Positions 47,580-57,095 of a stretch of 64,000 nt of DNA are shown here, one piece after another. Within the stretch, counting starts at the first letter, position 1. Every line of letters starts with the position of its first letter. The translations under genes were made by a program, and so were the position numbers. Origin of the DNA: a virus. Lineage: Duplodnaviria; Caudoviricetes. The notes beneath the pieces are model-generated. The model did not search any database. It was given only the letters and a program-made list of their open reading frames with translations, and was not told the origin of the DNA. The stretch lies in IMG/VR virus record IMGVR_UViG_3300015244_002130, positions 5,250 through 69,249 of that record, one strand, 5' to 3'.

Positions 47580-48382
47580 GAGAAGTAACAATTGTATCTG
47601 CTCTTTTTAATATTGAAAGAGAGGGAATGGATGGAAGAACATGGGAAGAATATTTAAAGTGGTTTGATATCACCTTAAAATTAAAGTGCCCAATGGTTCT
47701 TTTTATTACAGAGGACATTAGAGAATTTGTTGAATCTAGAAGAACACAAATTCCCACAGAAATTATAGTTCAAAGTGTTGATGATATTCCATATTATCAC
47801 CTCAAAGATAAAATTCAATCAGTTTTAGATTCTGATGAATATATTAAGAAGATTTCAGATCCTGAGAGAATAGAATGTAAACATGCGTTGTATTCTATAA
47901 TTCAATATTCTAAATTTAAGTGGATGAAACAGGCTGCGGAAGAAAATCCACATGGATCTGAATTTTTTCTGTGGTTAGATGCGGGAGCATCAAGATTCTT
48001 TGGTGATTATGATTTATCTAAAGAATATCCAAGTCAATCAGCAAAAGAATCTTTACTGGGAATAGGAGAAAGTTTTTTATTTCAAATGAACTGTGATTAT
48101 TATCCAGATCTTTTCAATGCCGATAAATTACCTCTAGAATATCTTTACGATAACCGCTCTTATGTGCTAGGATCCATGTTTGGAGCACATAAAAGTTCTA
48201 TCCCAAAATTGTGTGATATGGTAGAGAATATTTTTGTAAATGAAATGATTGAGACTGGGAGCGTTAATAATGAACAAATTGCTTTAGGATATCTTGTTAA
48301 AAAATATTCTGATGACTTTGCATTGTATTCCAGAACAAATGGAAAACATTTGGATATTTTTTCTGAATTGGGTAAGCAATGA
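47576..48382 (+). CDS. HtrL/YibB (WlaTC)-like glycosyltransferase
   Basis: TIVSALFNI, IQYSKF, FLWLDAG, NNEQI. Confidence 0.7.
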   Translation: MREVTIVSALFNIEREGMDGRTWEEYLKWFDITLKLKCPMVLFITEDIREFVESRRTQIPTEIIVQSVDDIPYYHLKDKIQSVLDSDEYIKKISDPERIECKHALYSIIQYSKFKWMKQAAEENPHGSEFFLWLDAGASRFFGDYDLSKEYPSQSAKESLLGIGESFLFQMNCDYYPDLFNADKLPLEYLYDNRSYVLGSMFGAHKSSIPKLCDMVENIFVNEMIETGSVNNEQIALGYLVKKYSDDFALYSRTNGKHLDIFSELGKQ

Positions 48383-49332
48383 GAATCGCAATAGTTGGTC
48401 CAGGTATCATGCCAATCCCTCCTACTGGGTGGGGTGCTGTTGAGATTCTTATTTGGGATCAGAAACAAGCACTGGAAAAATTGGGTCATGAGGTGTACAT
48501 TATTAATACTCAAAATCCAGTAGAAATTATACAACAAATTAATTCATACAAACCTGATTTCGTTCATGTTCAGTATGATGATTTTGTTGAAGTAGTCCCT
48601 TATATACAATATCCATGTGCGATCACAAGTCATTTTGGATATCTAGAGCAACCAAATAGGTGGGATTATTATGGACCTAAAGTAGCACAGAAGTTTTCTC
48701 AAATTAAACCAAGAACCTTTTGTTTGTCTCCAGGAATCAAAAAAATCTATCAAGAGATGATGGAATTTCCATCTGATAAATTATTTGTTACTCCGAATGG
48801 AGTTAATCTTGAAAATTTCAAAGTAACAAATAATCCAGAGTGCCCTGACAAATCAATTTATCTTGCTAAGATTGATTACCGTAAGAGACAGTTTATGTTT
48901 CAATCTATTAGCAGTGTTTGGTATGCTGGTAATAATGCGGATCCAAGATTCAATACCAATACAAATTATCTTGGTGAATGGTCGAAAGAACATCTTTACA
49001 AAAATCTCACCGAGTTTGGTAATTTGATTCTTTTGAGTGATGGAGAGGCACATCCTTTAGTTTGTTTGGAAGCATTTGCTGCAGGTCTTGGAGTTGTTGT
49101 AAGTCAGTGGGCTGCTGCTAATTTGGATACTAGTAAGGGATTCATTACAGTAATACCAGAATCAGAGATTGGTAATATCAAACATGTAGAATCTAAGATT
49201 ATTGAGAACAGAGAGTACTCTGTAAACAATAGGGATGAGATTCTAGAGTATGCTAATCAATTTGAATGGTCTAATGTAGTTGAAAAATACTATGTTCCAG
49301 CAATGAAAAAAATTATTGAGAGTTATCAATGA
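48379..49332 (+). CDS. GT4-family glycosyltransferase
   Basis: IPPTGWGAVE, TPNGVN, EAHPLVCLEAFAAG. Confidence 0.78.
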   Translation: MRIAIVGPGIMPIPPTGWGAVEILIWDQKQALEKLGHEVYIINTQNPVEIIQQINSYKPDFVHVQYDDFVEVVPYIQYPCAITSHFGYLEQPNRWDYYGPKVAQKFSQIKPRTFCLSPGIKKIYQEMMEFPSDKLFVTPNGVNLENFKVTNNPECPDKSIYLAKIDYRKRQFMFQSISSVWYAGNNADPRFNTNTNYLGEWSKEHLYKNLTEFGNLILLSDGEAHPLVCLEAFAAGLGVVVSQWAAANLDTSKGFITVIPESEIGNIKHVESKIIENREYSVNNRDEILEYANQFEWSNVVEKYYVPAMKKIIESYQ

Positions 49333-50903
49333 AAAACTTAGTCAGCATCTTTGCAGGTCATGATGCAAATATCTCATTCTATAATGCCAAAGAGGATAAG
49401 TATTATACGATTGAGATTGAAAGACTTGTAAAGAAGAGATACTTCCGTTTGCATGTAGATAATGATGAGCAAACTGTCCGGGACATTCTATTCGAATGTA
49501 GAAACATTGCTGCTACAGAATGGGACATCACTAATGATTATGAAGCAGTTTTAATTTCTTCCGATGGTTGGATTAATCCTCCATCAATTGTCAGAGAAGT
49601 GTTTAATACTGAATCAGTAAAGACTCTTGCAAGGCATCATGATACTCATGCTGCAGCAGCATTCTACAAGTCTCCATTTGATGAGGCACTGATCATCTCT
49701 TATGATGGTGGTGGTGATGATGGTTTCTTTAACATTTATTATGGTGGTCCTAATGGCATTGAGTTTTTTGAGAAGATTCAAGCAGACTTTGGTGGAGCAT
49801 ATCTTCTGTGTGGTTCACTGATTCGTGAGGTCGCAGAGAAGAGTAAGCATCAACTTGCTTTGTCTGGTAAGTTGATGGGTCTTTGTGCATACGGAAAGGT
49901 CATTGATGAGTATGTTCCTGCATTTAAAGAGTTCTTTTTTGATAAGGACTATCGCAAGCTTGCAGAAACAACTGGACTGCCTCTTAAGAACATTGACGAT
50001 CCATGGGCAAATCCTTTAGAGAACTGGGTCTTTGGGGGTCAAGAGGCATATGATATTGCTGCCACTGCACAGGCTGCATTTGAGGATGCGTTCTTTACTA
50101 TTCTAGAGCGTTATGATCCTGAACTTCCATTAGTCCTTACTGGTGGTTGTGCATTGAATGTTCTGGTCAATGAAAAGATCAAGACATGCACTAAGAGAAA
50201 GTTGTATATACCACCCGATCCTCATGATGGAAGTCTTTCTTTGGGTCATCTTTTCTTGTATCGTAAACCATCCAAGAAAGTTGAAATTGCATATTCTGGA
50301 CTTCCGTTACTTGATCGTCATACACTCAAGAAAAGAATCAAAGAGTATGATGCAAAGAAGATCTCCAAGGCAGATGCTGCTCAACTGTTGAAGGATGGCA
50401 ACATCATTGGATTTGTGTATGGCGACTCTGAGGTAGGCCCAAGAGCACTTGGTAATAGATCTATCGTATGTGATCCTAATATCAGAGAGATGAAGGACAT
50501 TCTCAACGCAAAAGTTAAGTTTAGAGAATGGTATCGTCCCTTTGCACCCTTCTGTAAGAAGGAGGAAGCGCACAAGTATTTTGATTCAAGAGACTTTGAG
50601 AATCTTGAGTATATGGGTTATGCCCCTAAGGTCCGCGATGAATATGTAGAAAAACTTCCTTCTATTACTCATGCAGATAACACTGCAAGACTTCAAACAG
50701 TAACTGAGGAATCACATGCTCACTTCTATGAGTTACTTACAGAGTTTGGCAAGATCTCTGAGACAAATGTTCTTTTGAATACTTCATTTAACATCCGAGG
50801 ATATCCTATTCTGTCTACAATAGAGGATGCACTGTATGCTCTAAATAACACTGAAATGGATTATGTTGTGATTGAAGATTATCTTTTTAGTAAAGCAGTA
50901 TGA
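49329..50903 (+). CDS. NodU/CmcH-family O-carbamoyltransferase
   Basis: GHDA...ERL, HHDTHAAAAF, DGGGD, LTGGCALN, EVGPRALGNRS, REWYRPFAP, LNTSFN. Confidence 0.9.
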   Translation: MKNLVSIFAGHDANISFYNAKEDKYYTIEIERLVKKRYFRLHVDNDEQTVRDILFECRNIAATEWDITNDYEAVLISSDGWINPPSIVREVFNTESVKTLARHHDTHAAAAFYKSPFDEALIISYDGGGDDGFFNIYYGGPNGIEFFEKIQADFGGAYLLCGSLIREVAEKSKHQLALSGKLMGLCAYGKVIDEYVPAFKEFFFDKDYRKLAETTGLPLKNIDDPWANPLENWVFGGQEAYDIAATAQAAFEDAFFTILERYDPELPLVLTGGCALNVLVNEKIKTCTKRKLYIPPDPHDGSLSLGHLFLYRKPSKKVEIAYSGLPLLDRHTLKKRIKEYDAKKISKADAAQLLKDGNIIGFVYGDSEVGPRALGNRSIVCDPNIREMKDILNAKVKFREWYRPFAPFCKKEEAHKYFDSRDFENLEYMGYAPKVRDEYVEKLPSITHADNTARLQTVTEESHAHFYELLTEFGKISETNVLLNTSFNIRGYPILSTIEDALYALNNTEMDYVVIEDYLFSKAV

Positions 50904-51745
50904 AATTTGAAATAGGTAACTACACTCTTGAGTGTGATATTGATCCCACAGTAGAAAACAACGCAAGTGACAAAAAGATTCCAATCGAAAGTATTGGATT
51001 TGTCTATAACTGTTTGTTCAAACAAAAGAGAGCATTTGAACATTCGGTAGAAGCAATCAGAGAAGTATATCCAGATGCAAAAATCTATGCTGTCTCTGAT
51101 GGTGGATTGGATTACTCTTATCTTGAAGATGAGAACTTTAAGTTTTCTATGGAAGAGGATACTGTTTCTGGATTGAAAGATATTAATGGTGAGAACTTTT
51201 TACAAGAAGAATACCAGCAAACAATCAAGAAAGGTATGGCTGCAACCATAGACAGGTTAGAGCGTAGTATTGAATACTGTGGAAATCCTGAATGGATTTG
51301 TATGACTGAACCTGATGTTCTGATTAGAGGTAAGTTGAGTTATCCTGAAAATGGAAAATTACTTGGATCCAGAATTAATTGTGGGTGGAGAACTTCTAAA
51401 TCATTAGAACAAATTATGGGATTAAATGAAATCATTTCCAAATTTGATAGTTCTGTTCCTGTTTTACGTTGGGGTGCAGTTCCTGTAGTATTTCATACAA
51501 AAACTTTTCTAAAAGCACTTAGAATCTATAAAGATAATTTCGAAATTGTAGGCAAGTTTTCTGAAAAGCATTATGCTCCAGGAACATTCGATCTTTTTAT
51601 TTGTTTAATTTTTGCTTTAATTGGTGAACCTGAAGTTTACAATTCAGAAGTAACTGAATGCCTAAGAAATCCAAATTGGGAAACATCCGATCATCCTATT
51701 GTTCATCAATATAGGGAATATTATCAACAGTCTGATTTTTATTAA
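50900..51745 (+). CDS. Glycosyltransferase-like hypothetical protein
   Basis: Operon context; SDGG and EPDVL acidic motifs. Confidence 0.5.
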   Translation: MKFEIGNYTLECDIDPTVENNASDKKIPIESIGFVYNCLFKQKRAFEHSVEAIREVYPDAKIYAVSDGGLDYSYLEDENFKFSMEEDTVSGLKDINGENFLQEEYQQTIKKGMAATIDRLERSIEYCGNPEWICMTEPDVLIRGKLSYPENGKLLGSRINCGWRTSKSLEQIMGLNEIISKFDSSVPVLRWGAVPVVFHTKTFLKALRIYKDNFEIVGKFSEKHYAPGTFDLFICLIFALIGEPEVYNSEVTECLRNPNWETSDHPIVHQYREYYQQSDFY

Positions 51746-51756
51746 GGAGATGAAAA

Positions 51757-52497
51757 ATGAATAGAATAACTGACTATCCTTTACTTAGGGATAGAATTGT
51801 TGACTGGTTGAAAGAATATGCAATTCGAAATAATATAAAGTCTTTTGTGGTTGGAGTTTCTGGAGGTATTGACTCTGCAGTTACTTCAACCTTAGCAGCA
51901 CATACAGGCATACCAACTTATGCTCTGGGAATGCCTATTCATCAGAACAAAGACCAAGAAAATCTTTCCGATACTCATCTTAAGTGGTTGAGTTCTGCAT
52001 ACGAAAATGTTACTACACTTAAGTATGATCTAACTGGAGTTTTTGATACATTTAAACAAACTATGAATGGTTATGGTGAGAATACTCACGCTCTTGCAAA
52101 TAGTAGATCACGCCTTCGTATGGTGACTCTATATCAAGTTGCTGGATCTGTTGGTGGAATTGTGGTAGGCACTGGTAATAAAGTCGAAGATTATGGTGTA
52201 GGGTTTTATACTAAATATGGTGACGGAGGAGTTGATATTGCTCCTATCGCAGATCTCTATAAGACAGAAGTATGGGAACTTGGAAAATTCTTTGGTATTG
52301 ATCAGAGAATTATTGAAGCATCTCCAACAGATGGTCTTTGGGACGATGGAAGAACGGATGAGGATCAACTTGGTGTCTCTTATGCTGAATTGGAAGAAGC
52401 TATGGAAACTGGTGGTGGACCAGGACTAGAGCCTCTTCTTAGATTTTCTTCTATGAATCAACACAAAATGCACCCTATTCCCACATTTAAACTATGA
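51757..52497 (+). CDS. nadE: NH3-dependent NAD+ synthetase
   Basis: GVSGGIDSA, SRLRMVTLY, GTGNKVE, FYTKYGDGG, PTDGLW, DEDQLG. Confidence 0.9.
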   Translation: MNRITDYPLLRDRIVDWLKEYAIRNNIKSFVVGVSGGIDSAVTSTLAAHTGIPTYALGMPIHQNKDQENLSDTHLKWLSSAYENVTTLKYDLTGVFDTFKQTMNGYGENTHALANSRSRLRMVTLYQVAGSVGGIVVGTGNKVEDYGVGFYTKYGDGGVDIAPIADLYKTEVWELGKFFGIDQRIIEASPTDGLWDDGRTDEDQLGVSYAELEEAMETGGGPGLEPLLRFSSMNQHKMHPIPTFKL

Positions 52498-53273
52498 CAG
52501 TTACGATTGAAGAAGTACGGCAGTTCTGGAATGCTAGACCTTGTAACGTAAGACATTCAAAAAAAGAAGTTGGATCTAAAGAATATTTTGATGAGGTAGA
52601 AAGAAAAAGATATACGGCAGAACCTCACATTAAGAAATTTGCTGACTTTGAAAGTTGGAATGGAAAAAAAGTTTTAGAGATTGGTTGCGGTCTTGCTACT
52701 GAGGGAATTAATTTTTCTAGGAATGGTGCAGAATATTCCGCTACGGATTTGTCAATTGAATCTCTTAACCTTGCAAAAAAGAGATTTGATGTGTATAATG
52801 AAAGAGGAAGTTTTTATCTTGGGAATTCTGAGGAACTATCTTCTTTTGTTCCTATTGAAACTTATGATCTGATCTATTCCTTTGGTGTCATTCATCACAG
52901 TCCTCACCCAGAAAAAATTATTTCTGAGATCAAAAATTATATGGATACAAATAGTGTGCTTAAAATTATGCTATATGCCTCAGAATCTTGGAAGAATTAT
53001 ATGATTGAGGCAGGACTTGATCAACCAGAAGCGCAGTATGGATGTCCTATTGCAAATACTTATACTAAAGAGGAAGTAAAAACTCTTCTGGATGGATTTG
53101 AAGTCATTAGTATAGAGCAAGATCATATTTTCCCATATCAAATTAAACCCTATAAAGAAGGTAGATTTGAAAAAGAACCTTGGTTTGAATCTATGTCAGA
53201 CCAAATGTTTAATACACTAAAGAAAAATCTTGGATGGCACTTACTTATTACAGCAAAATTAAAGGAGAATTGA
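52494..53273 (+). CDS. Class I SAM-dependent methyltransferase
   Basis: VLEIGCG, DLIYSFGVIHH. Confidence 0.85.
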   Translation: MTVTIEEVRQFWNARPCNVRHSKKEVGSKEYFDEVERKRYTAEPHIKKFADFESWNGKKVLEIGCGLATEGINFSRNGAEYSATDLSIESLNLAKKRFDVYNERGSFYLGNSEELSSFVPIETYDLIYSFGVIHHSPHPEKIISEIKNYMDTNSVLKIMLYASESWKNYMIEAGLDQPEAQYGCPIANTYTKEEVKTLLDGFEVISIEQDHIFPYQIKPYKEGRFEKEPWFESMSDQMFNTLKKNLGWHLLITAKLKEN

Positions 53274-53274
53274 T

Positions 53275-54513
53275 ATGACGAGGAAGTTATCTACTAAAGT
53301 TGCGATGATTGGAGTTGGAAAACTGGGACAAGCTTGTGCTGAAGTGATGGCAGAATCGTATCCAGTTGTTGGTTATGATGTTTCTCCCAGAAATCCCAGA
53401 AATTTTAGAATGGTAGATACCGTTCAGGAAGCAGTTGATTTTGGTGATATTATTTTTATCGCTGCTCCAACACCACACGATCCAGCATATGATGGGCGTC
53501 AACCAACACATCATCTTCCCAATAAAGATTTTGATTATTCAATCGTCAAGAGTATTCTTTCTGACGTAAATCAATATACAGACAAGTCAAAACTTGTTGT
53601 TTTAATCTCTACTGTTCTGCCAGGAACCACACGAAGAGAACTTGAACCTCTTATTACAAACGCTAGGTTTGTCTATAACCCTTATTTGATTGCTATGGGC
53701 ACAGTTGGTTGGGATTTTTCCAATCCAGAAATGGTTATGATTGGAACAGAAGATGGTTTTGAAACTGGCGACGCAAAAGAACTTATTCAGTTCTATCGTC
53801 CGATGATGAATAATGATCCACGTTATGTTGTCGGAACTTGGGATGAGTGTGAATGTATTAAGATTTTCTACAATACTTTCATTTCTGCGAAGTTAAGTCT
53901 TGTGAATATGATTCAAGATGTGGCAGAAAGACAGGGCAACATTAATGTTGATGTTGTAACTGATGCACTCAAGAATTCTGATCAGAGAATTATGGGTCCT
54001 CGTTATATGAAAGCAGGTATGGGTGATGGTGGTGCTTGTCATCCTAGAGACAATATTGCTCTCCGTTGGATGTCCGATAACTTGAATCTTGGATATGACT
54101 TGTTTGATGCCATTATGGAAGCAAGAGAGATTCAAGCAAAGAATCTTGCCGAAAAACTTGTTGAACCGAGTCTTCCTGTTGTAATTATTGGTAAGGCATA
54201 CAAACCCCACGTTCATTATGAGGATGGTTCTTACAGCATTCTTGTTGGTCATTATGTAGAAGAACTTGGTGGAACCGTTTATTATGATGACGATTATACG
54301 GGAGACAAACCACCCGCAAATCTTGGACCAGCATCCTATCTTTTAGGACACGATCCAGAAACGACATTTTTGGGGTGCTTAGATCCTGATCCCGACAAAC
54401 AAGAAAATTCTATTTTCCCTGCAGGTTCTGTTATTGTGGATCCTTGGAGAAAGTGTCCAAATATTTCTGGGTGTACAGTTATTCATTATGGAAACACTAG
54501 ACTGAAAAAATAA
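53275..54513 (+). CDS. ugd: UDP-glucose/GDP-mannose 6-dehydrogenase family
   Basis: IGVGKLG, IAAPTP, STVLPG, IKIFYNTF, GDGGACHPRD. Confidence 0.82.
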   Translation: MTRKLSTKVAMIGVGKLGQACAEVMAESYPVVGYDVSPRNPRNFRMVDTVQEAVDFGDIIFIAAPTPHDPAYDGRQPTHHLPNKDFDYSIVKSILSDVNQYTDKSKLVVLISTVLPGTTRRELEPLITNARFVYNPYLIAMGTVGWDFSNPEMVMIGTEDGFETGDAKELIQFYRPMMNNDPRYVVGTWDECECIKIFYNTFISAKLSLVNMIQDVAERQGNINVDVVTDALKNSDQRIMGPRYMKAGMGDGGACHPRDNIALRWMSDNLNLGYDLFDAIMEAREIQAKNLAEKLVEPSLPVVIIGKAYKPHVHYEDGSYSILVGHYVEELGGTVYYDDDYTGDKPPANLGPASYLLGHDPETTFLGCLDPDPDKQENSIFPAGSVIVDPWRKCPNISGCTVIHYGNTRLKK

Positions 54514-55319
54514 TGATTATTATTGACAATAACAAGTCTGCGTTTAAATTAAAGAACTTTAGTCCCGTATATTGTATTAATCTGGATGATCAACTGGATA
54601 GGTGGCAATATATGGAGGATCAATTTAAGTATTGGGAAGTAGAAAACTACACACGCATTTCTGCTTATGATGGGCGTGAGGATGATCTGAGTGATATTAT
54701 CACTGGTAGATATCCAGAAATGATGTCATCCGGTGAAATTGGTTGTATTGCATCACACCTTAAAGCAATCAAATATTGGTATGAGACTTCGGATAGTCCG
54801 TATGCAATTATTATGGAAGATGATTGCAACTTAGATCTAGTCAAGTATTGGAATTTTAGTTGGAATGATTTTTACGCACACATTCCTTATGATTGGGATG
54901 TTGTTCAAATTGCAATTATTTGTACCGGAGATATTCACGTTAAACTTCATAAAAGATTTGTGAATGATTTTTCTACTGCTTGTTACTTGATCACTCGTCA
55001 TCACGCAGAAAAACTTCTGAAGTTTCACGTAAAAGGAAATAAGTATCGTCTTGATAATGGCGTCAAACCACGCCCAGTTGCTGATGATTTAATCTATAAT
55101 TCAGGAAACACTTATTCTATTCCTCTTCTTTTATATAAAATTGAACTGGGGTCATCTATTCATCCGGAACATATTGATGCTTTCCACAGAGGAAATCACA
55201 ATGCATTAACCAATTTCTGGCAACAAAATGGCGCTTCTATTGATATTAAAGATTATATGAATTATGACCCTTACCTTGGTCGAATAACTGAAAATTCTGC
55301 TGCTCAGCAAAACTCTTGA
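54513..55319 (+). CDS. GT25-family glycosyltransferase
   Basis: YCINLD...R, GEIGCIASH, IMEDD. Confidence 0.82.
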   Translation: MIIIDNNKSAFKLKNFSPVYCINLDDQLDRWQYMEDQFKYWEVENYTRISAYDGREDDLSDIITGRYPEMMSSGEIGCIASHLKAIKYWYETSDSPYAIIMEDDCNLDLVKYWNFSWNDFYAHIPYDWDVVQIAIICTGDIHVKLHKRFVNDFSTACYLITRHHAEKLLKFHVKGNKYRLDNGVKPRPVADDLIYNSGNTYSIPLLLYKIELGSSIHPEHIDAFHRGNHNALTNFWQQNGASIDIKDYMNYDPYLGRITENSAAQQNS

Positions 55320-55344
55320 CATCAGAAAAGATACGTATTATACT
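55316..55344 (+). promoter_or_regulatory. sigma70-type promoter of the porin-like gene
   Basis: TTGACA-N17-TATACT. Confidence 0.7.
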
Positions 55345-55415
55345 AAATAGGTACTTAAGAATTCTGTTGTAATTCTTAACATTTAAATGTCGTTTAGTAC
55401 TAAAAAACAAAATTT

Positions 55416-56297
55416 ATGATTACTCGTTCAATTCTTGCTGCTAGTGTTGCTGCTGCTTCTCTCGCAGCTCCTGCTATGGCACAAGTCACTAACGTGACTC
55501 AACTCAAGGATGTGCAACCTACCGATTGGTCTTATCAGGCGCTTTCCAACCTGATTTCACGTTACGGTTGTGTTGCTGGTTATCCCAATGGCACTTTCCA
55601 GCCTGGTCAACCCGCCTCCCGTGCTGAGCTTGCTGCTCTCACTAATGCTTGCCTTGACCGTATTGGTGAATATCAGAGTGCTGCTGATGCTGCTCTCGCT
55701 GCTGCTCTTCGTGCTCAATTCTCCAAGGAAATCGCTGCTACTAACACCCGCGTGAGCGCCCTTGAGGTTGCTGCTGCTCAGAAGGCACAAGGCGTTGGTA
55801 ACTACCTGGGTGTTGGCGTTCTTCTCAATCAGCAAGGCACTGCTGGTAATGGTTTCAGTGCTCAGCGTACTATCTCTGGTGCTACCGTTCAAGCACGTTA
55901 TGCTGTGAAGAACTTTACCAACCTGAATGCTGTTTCGGTTCGTCCTTATGCTAGCTTCGTAGGTACTCCTGCTGGTCAACTGGGTTCTGGTGGTGGTGCT
56001 CTGGTGTCTTATGACTGGAGCATCTCTCGTGCCAAGTCTGGTGTGAGCCGTGCTAACGTTTACACTGGCGTTGGTTACCAGATCCCCTTCGTGAACAACA
56101 CTGCTGCTAACTATCAGTCTGCCGTTGGTAATCGTGGTCAATTCGTGCTTGCCGTTGGCGTTGAAGGTCGTATCACCAACTCACTGGTTGGTTTTGCTGA
56201 TCTGAAGTTCCCCACCACCAATGCTGCTAATAGCTACGGTGCTACCAACGGAACTTATTCGCCTGTGTTCACCACTGGACTTGGTTTCAAGTTCTGA
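55416..56297 (+). CDS. SLH-domain outer-membrane protein (cyanobacterial porin-like, short form)
   Basis: Signal peptide ending AMA; QVTNVTQLKDVQPTDWSYQALSNLISRYGCVAGYPNGTF SLH domain; coiled coil; amphipathic beta strands; terminal Phe. Confidence 0.8.
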   Translation: MITRSILAASVAAASLAAPAMAQVTNVTQLKDVQPTDWSYQALSNLISRYGCVAGYPNGTFQPGQPASRAELAALTNACLDRIGEYQSAADAALAAALRAQFSKEIAATNTRVSALEVAAAQKAQGVGNYLGVGVLLNQQGTAGNGFSAQRTISGATVQARYAVKNFTNLNAVSVRPYASFVGTPAGQLGSGGGALVSYDWSISRAKSGVSRANVYTGVGYQIPFVNNTAANYQSAVGNRGQFVLAVGVEGRITNSLVGFADLKFPTTNAANSYGATNGTYSPVFTTGLGFKF

Positions 56298-56320
56298 TAC
56301 ACTACTCATAAGTTGAGTGA

Positions 56321-56347
56321 AACCACCCCTTTCTGGGGTGGTTTTTT
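56321..56347 (+). terminator. Terminator after the porin-like gene
   Basis: aaccacccc-tttct-ggggtggtt plus T-run. Confidence 0.75.
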
Positions 56348-56368
56348 ATGAATTGAAAACACAGGGAC

Positions 56369-56397
56369 TTGACACCTCTTTATTTTTTCTATATAAT
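56369..56397 (+). promoter_or_regulatory. Consensus sigma70 promoter of hli
   Basis: TTGACA-N17-TATAAT. Confidence 0.75.
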
Positions 56398-56424
56398 TGT
56401 GTAACAATTCGTAATAAAACGAAA

Positions 56425-56634
56425 ATGACCGTAACAACTAATGAACGTGGTCAGCAAAATATGTTTGCGAAAGAACCACAAATGTACATCTCCCAATCCG
56501 ATGCAGAGCGTTATGCACTTCAAACACATGCTGAACGTGCCGAACTTGCAAATTCACGCTGGGCAATGGTCGGCATTATTGCTGGTGCTATTTCTTATGC
56601 TCTCACTGGCAAACTCTTCTTCGGAATCTTCTGA
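56425..56634 (+). CDS. hli: High-light-inducible protein
   Basis: NMFAKEP; AELANSRWAMVG chlorophyll-binding motif; GKLFFGIF. Confidence 0.88.
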   Translation: MTVTTNERGQQNMFAKEPQMYISQSDAERYALQTHAERAELANSRWAMVGIIAGAISYALTGKLFFGIF

Positions 56635-56720
56635 TGACTGAACTTATTTGGATAGTAACCACTGTTGCTTTTTTTGTGACTTTGGGTTATGCTGTGGAGA
56701 AACTTGCTGAAACTTATTGA
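56634..56720 (+). CDS. 28-aa membrane peptide (not in the ORF track)
   Basis: MTELIWIVTTVAFFVTLGYAVEKLAETY; TGATG-coupled at both ends. Confidence 0.45.
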   Translation: MTELIWIVTTVAFFVTLGYAVEKLAETY

Positions 56721-56917
56721 TGCTTGGAAATCTTGAACCTGAAGAATCTGTGATGTCTAGAGGTGGTTGGTTGGGAAAACTCTCAATTGCTATCCAAGAA
56801 CTTCAAGAATCTGGTGCTTGGGATATAGATGATGAACTTAAAGTTTGTATCGCAGGCACTTTACCTAAAGATAAATTTATTGTAATTCAAAATACTACTA
56901 AGAGGACACAAAAATGA
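56720..56917 (+). CDS. Hypothetical protein
   Basis: 66-aa ORF in operon. Confidence 0.6.
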   Translation: MLGNLEPEESVMSRGGWLGKLSIAIQELQESGAWDIDDELKVCIAGTLPKDKFIVIQNTTKRTQK

Positions 56918-57033
56918 AATTCGGATGGACTGAACAAAACGAAAAACTAAATGGAAGACTGGCAATGTTAGGATTTGTTATTGCAGTTGGCACTTATCTC
57001 ACAACTGGTCAGGTAGTGCCAGGAATCTGGTGA
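56914..57033 (+). CDS. hli: Second high-light-inducible protein, 39 aa (not in the ORF track)
   Basis: MKFGWTEQNEKLNGRLAMLGFVIAVGTYLTTGQVVPGIW; ExxNGRxAMxG and TGQVVPG motifs; GAGG RBS. Confidence 0.9.
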   Translation: MKFGWTEQNEKLNGRLAMLGFVIAVGTYLTTGQVVPGIW

Positions 57034-57095
57034 AATAAGAGGAGGGATAAACCCCTCCTTTTTTCATAAATATAACGCAGAGTTGCTACAAATAT

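Noticed and set aside
49329-50903. Carbamoyltransferase as a DNA hypermodification enzyme (carbamoyl-hydroxymethylcytosine type)
   Set aside because: No dCMP hydroxymethylase or other base-modification gene in the window and the context is glycan synthesis; not fully excluded without nucleoside analysis
51757-52497. NadE as a sugar amidotransferase making uronamides
   Set aside because: All canonical NAD-synthetase motifs are retained; known uronamide enzymes are asparagine-synthetase-like
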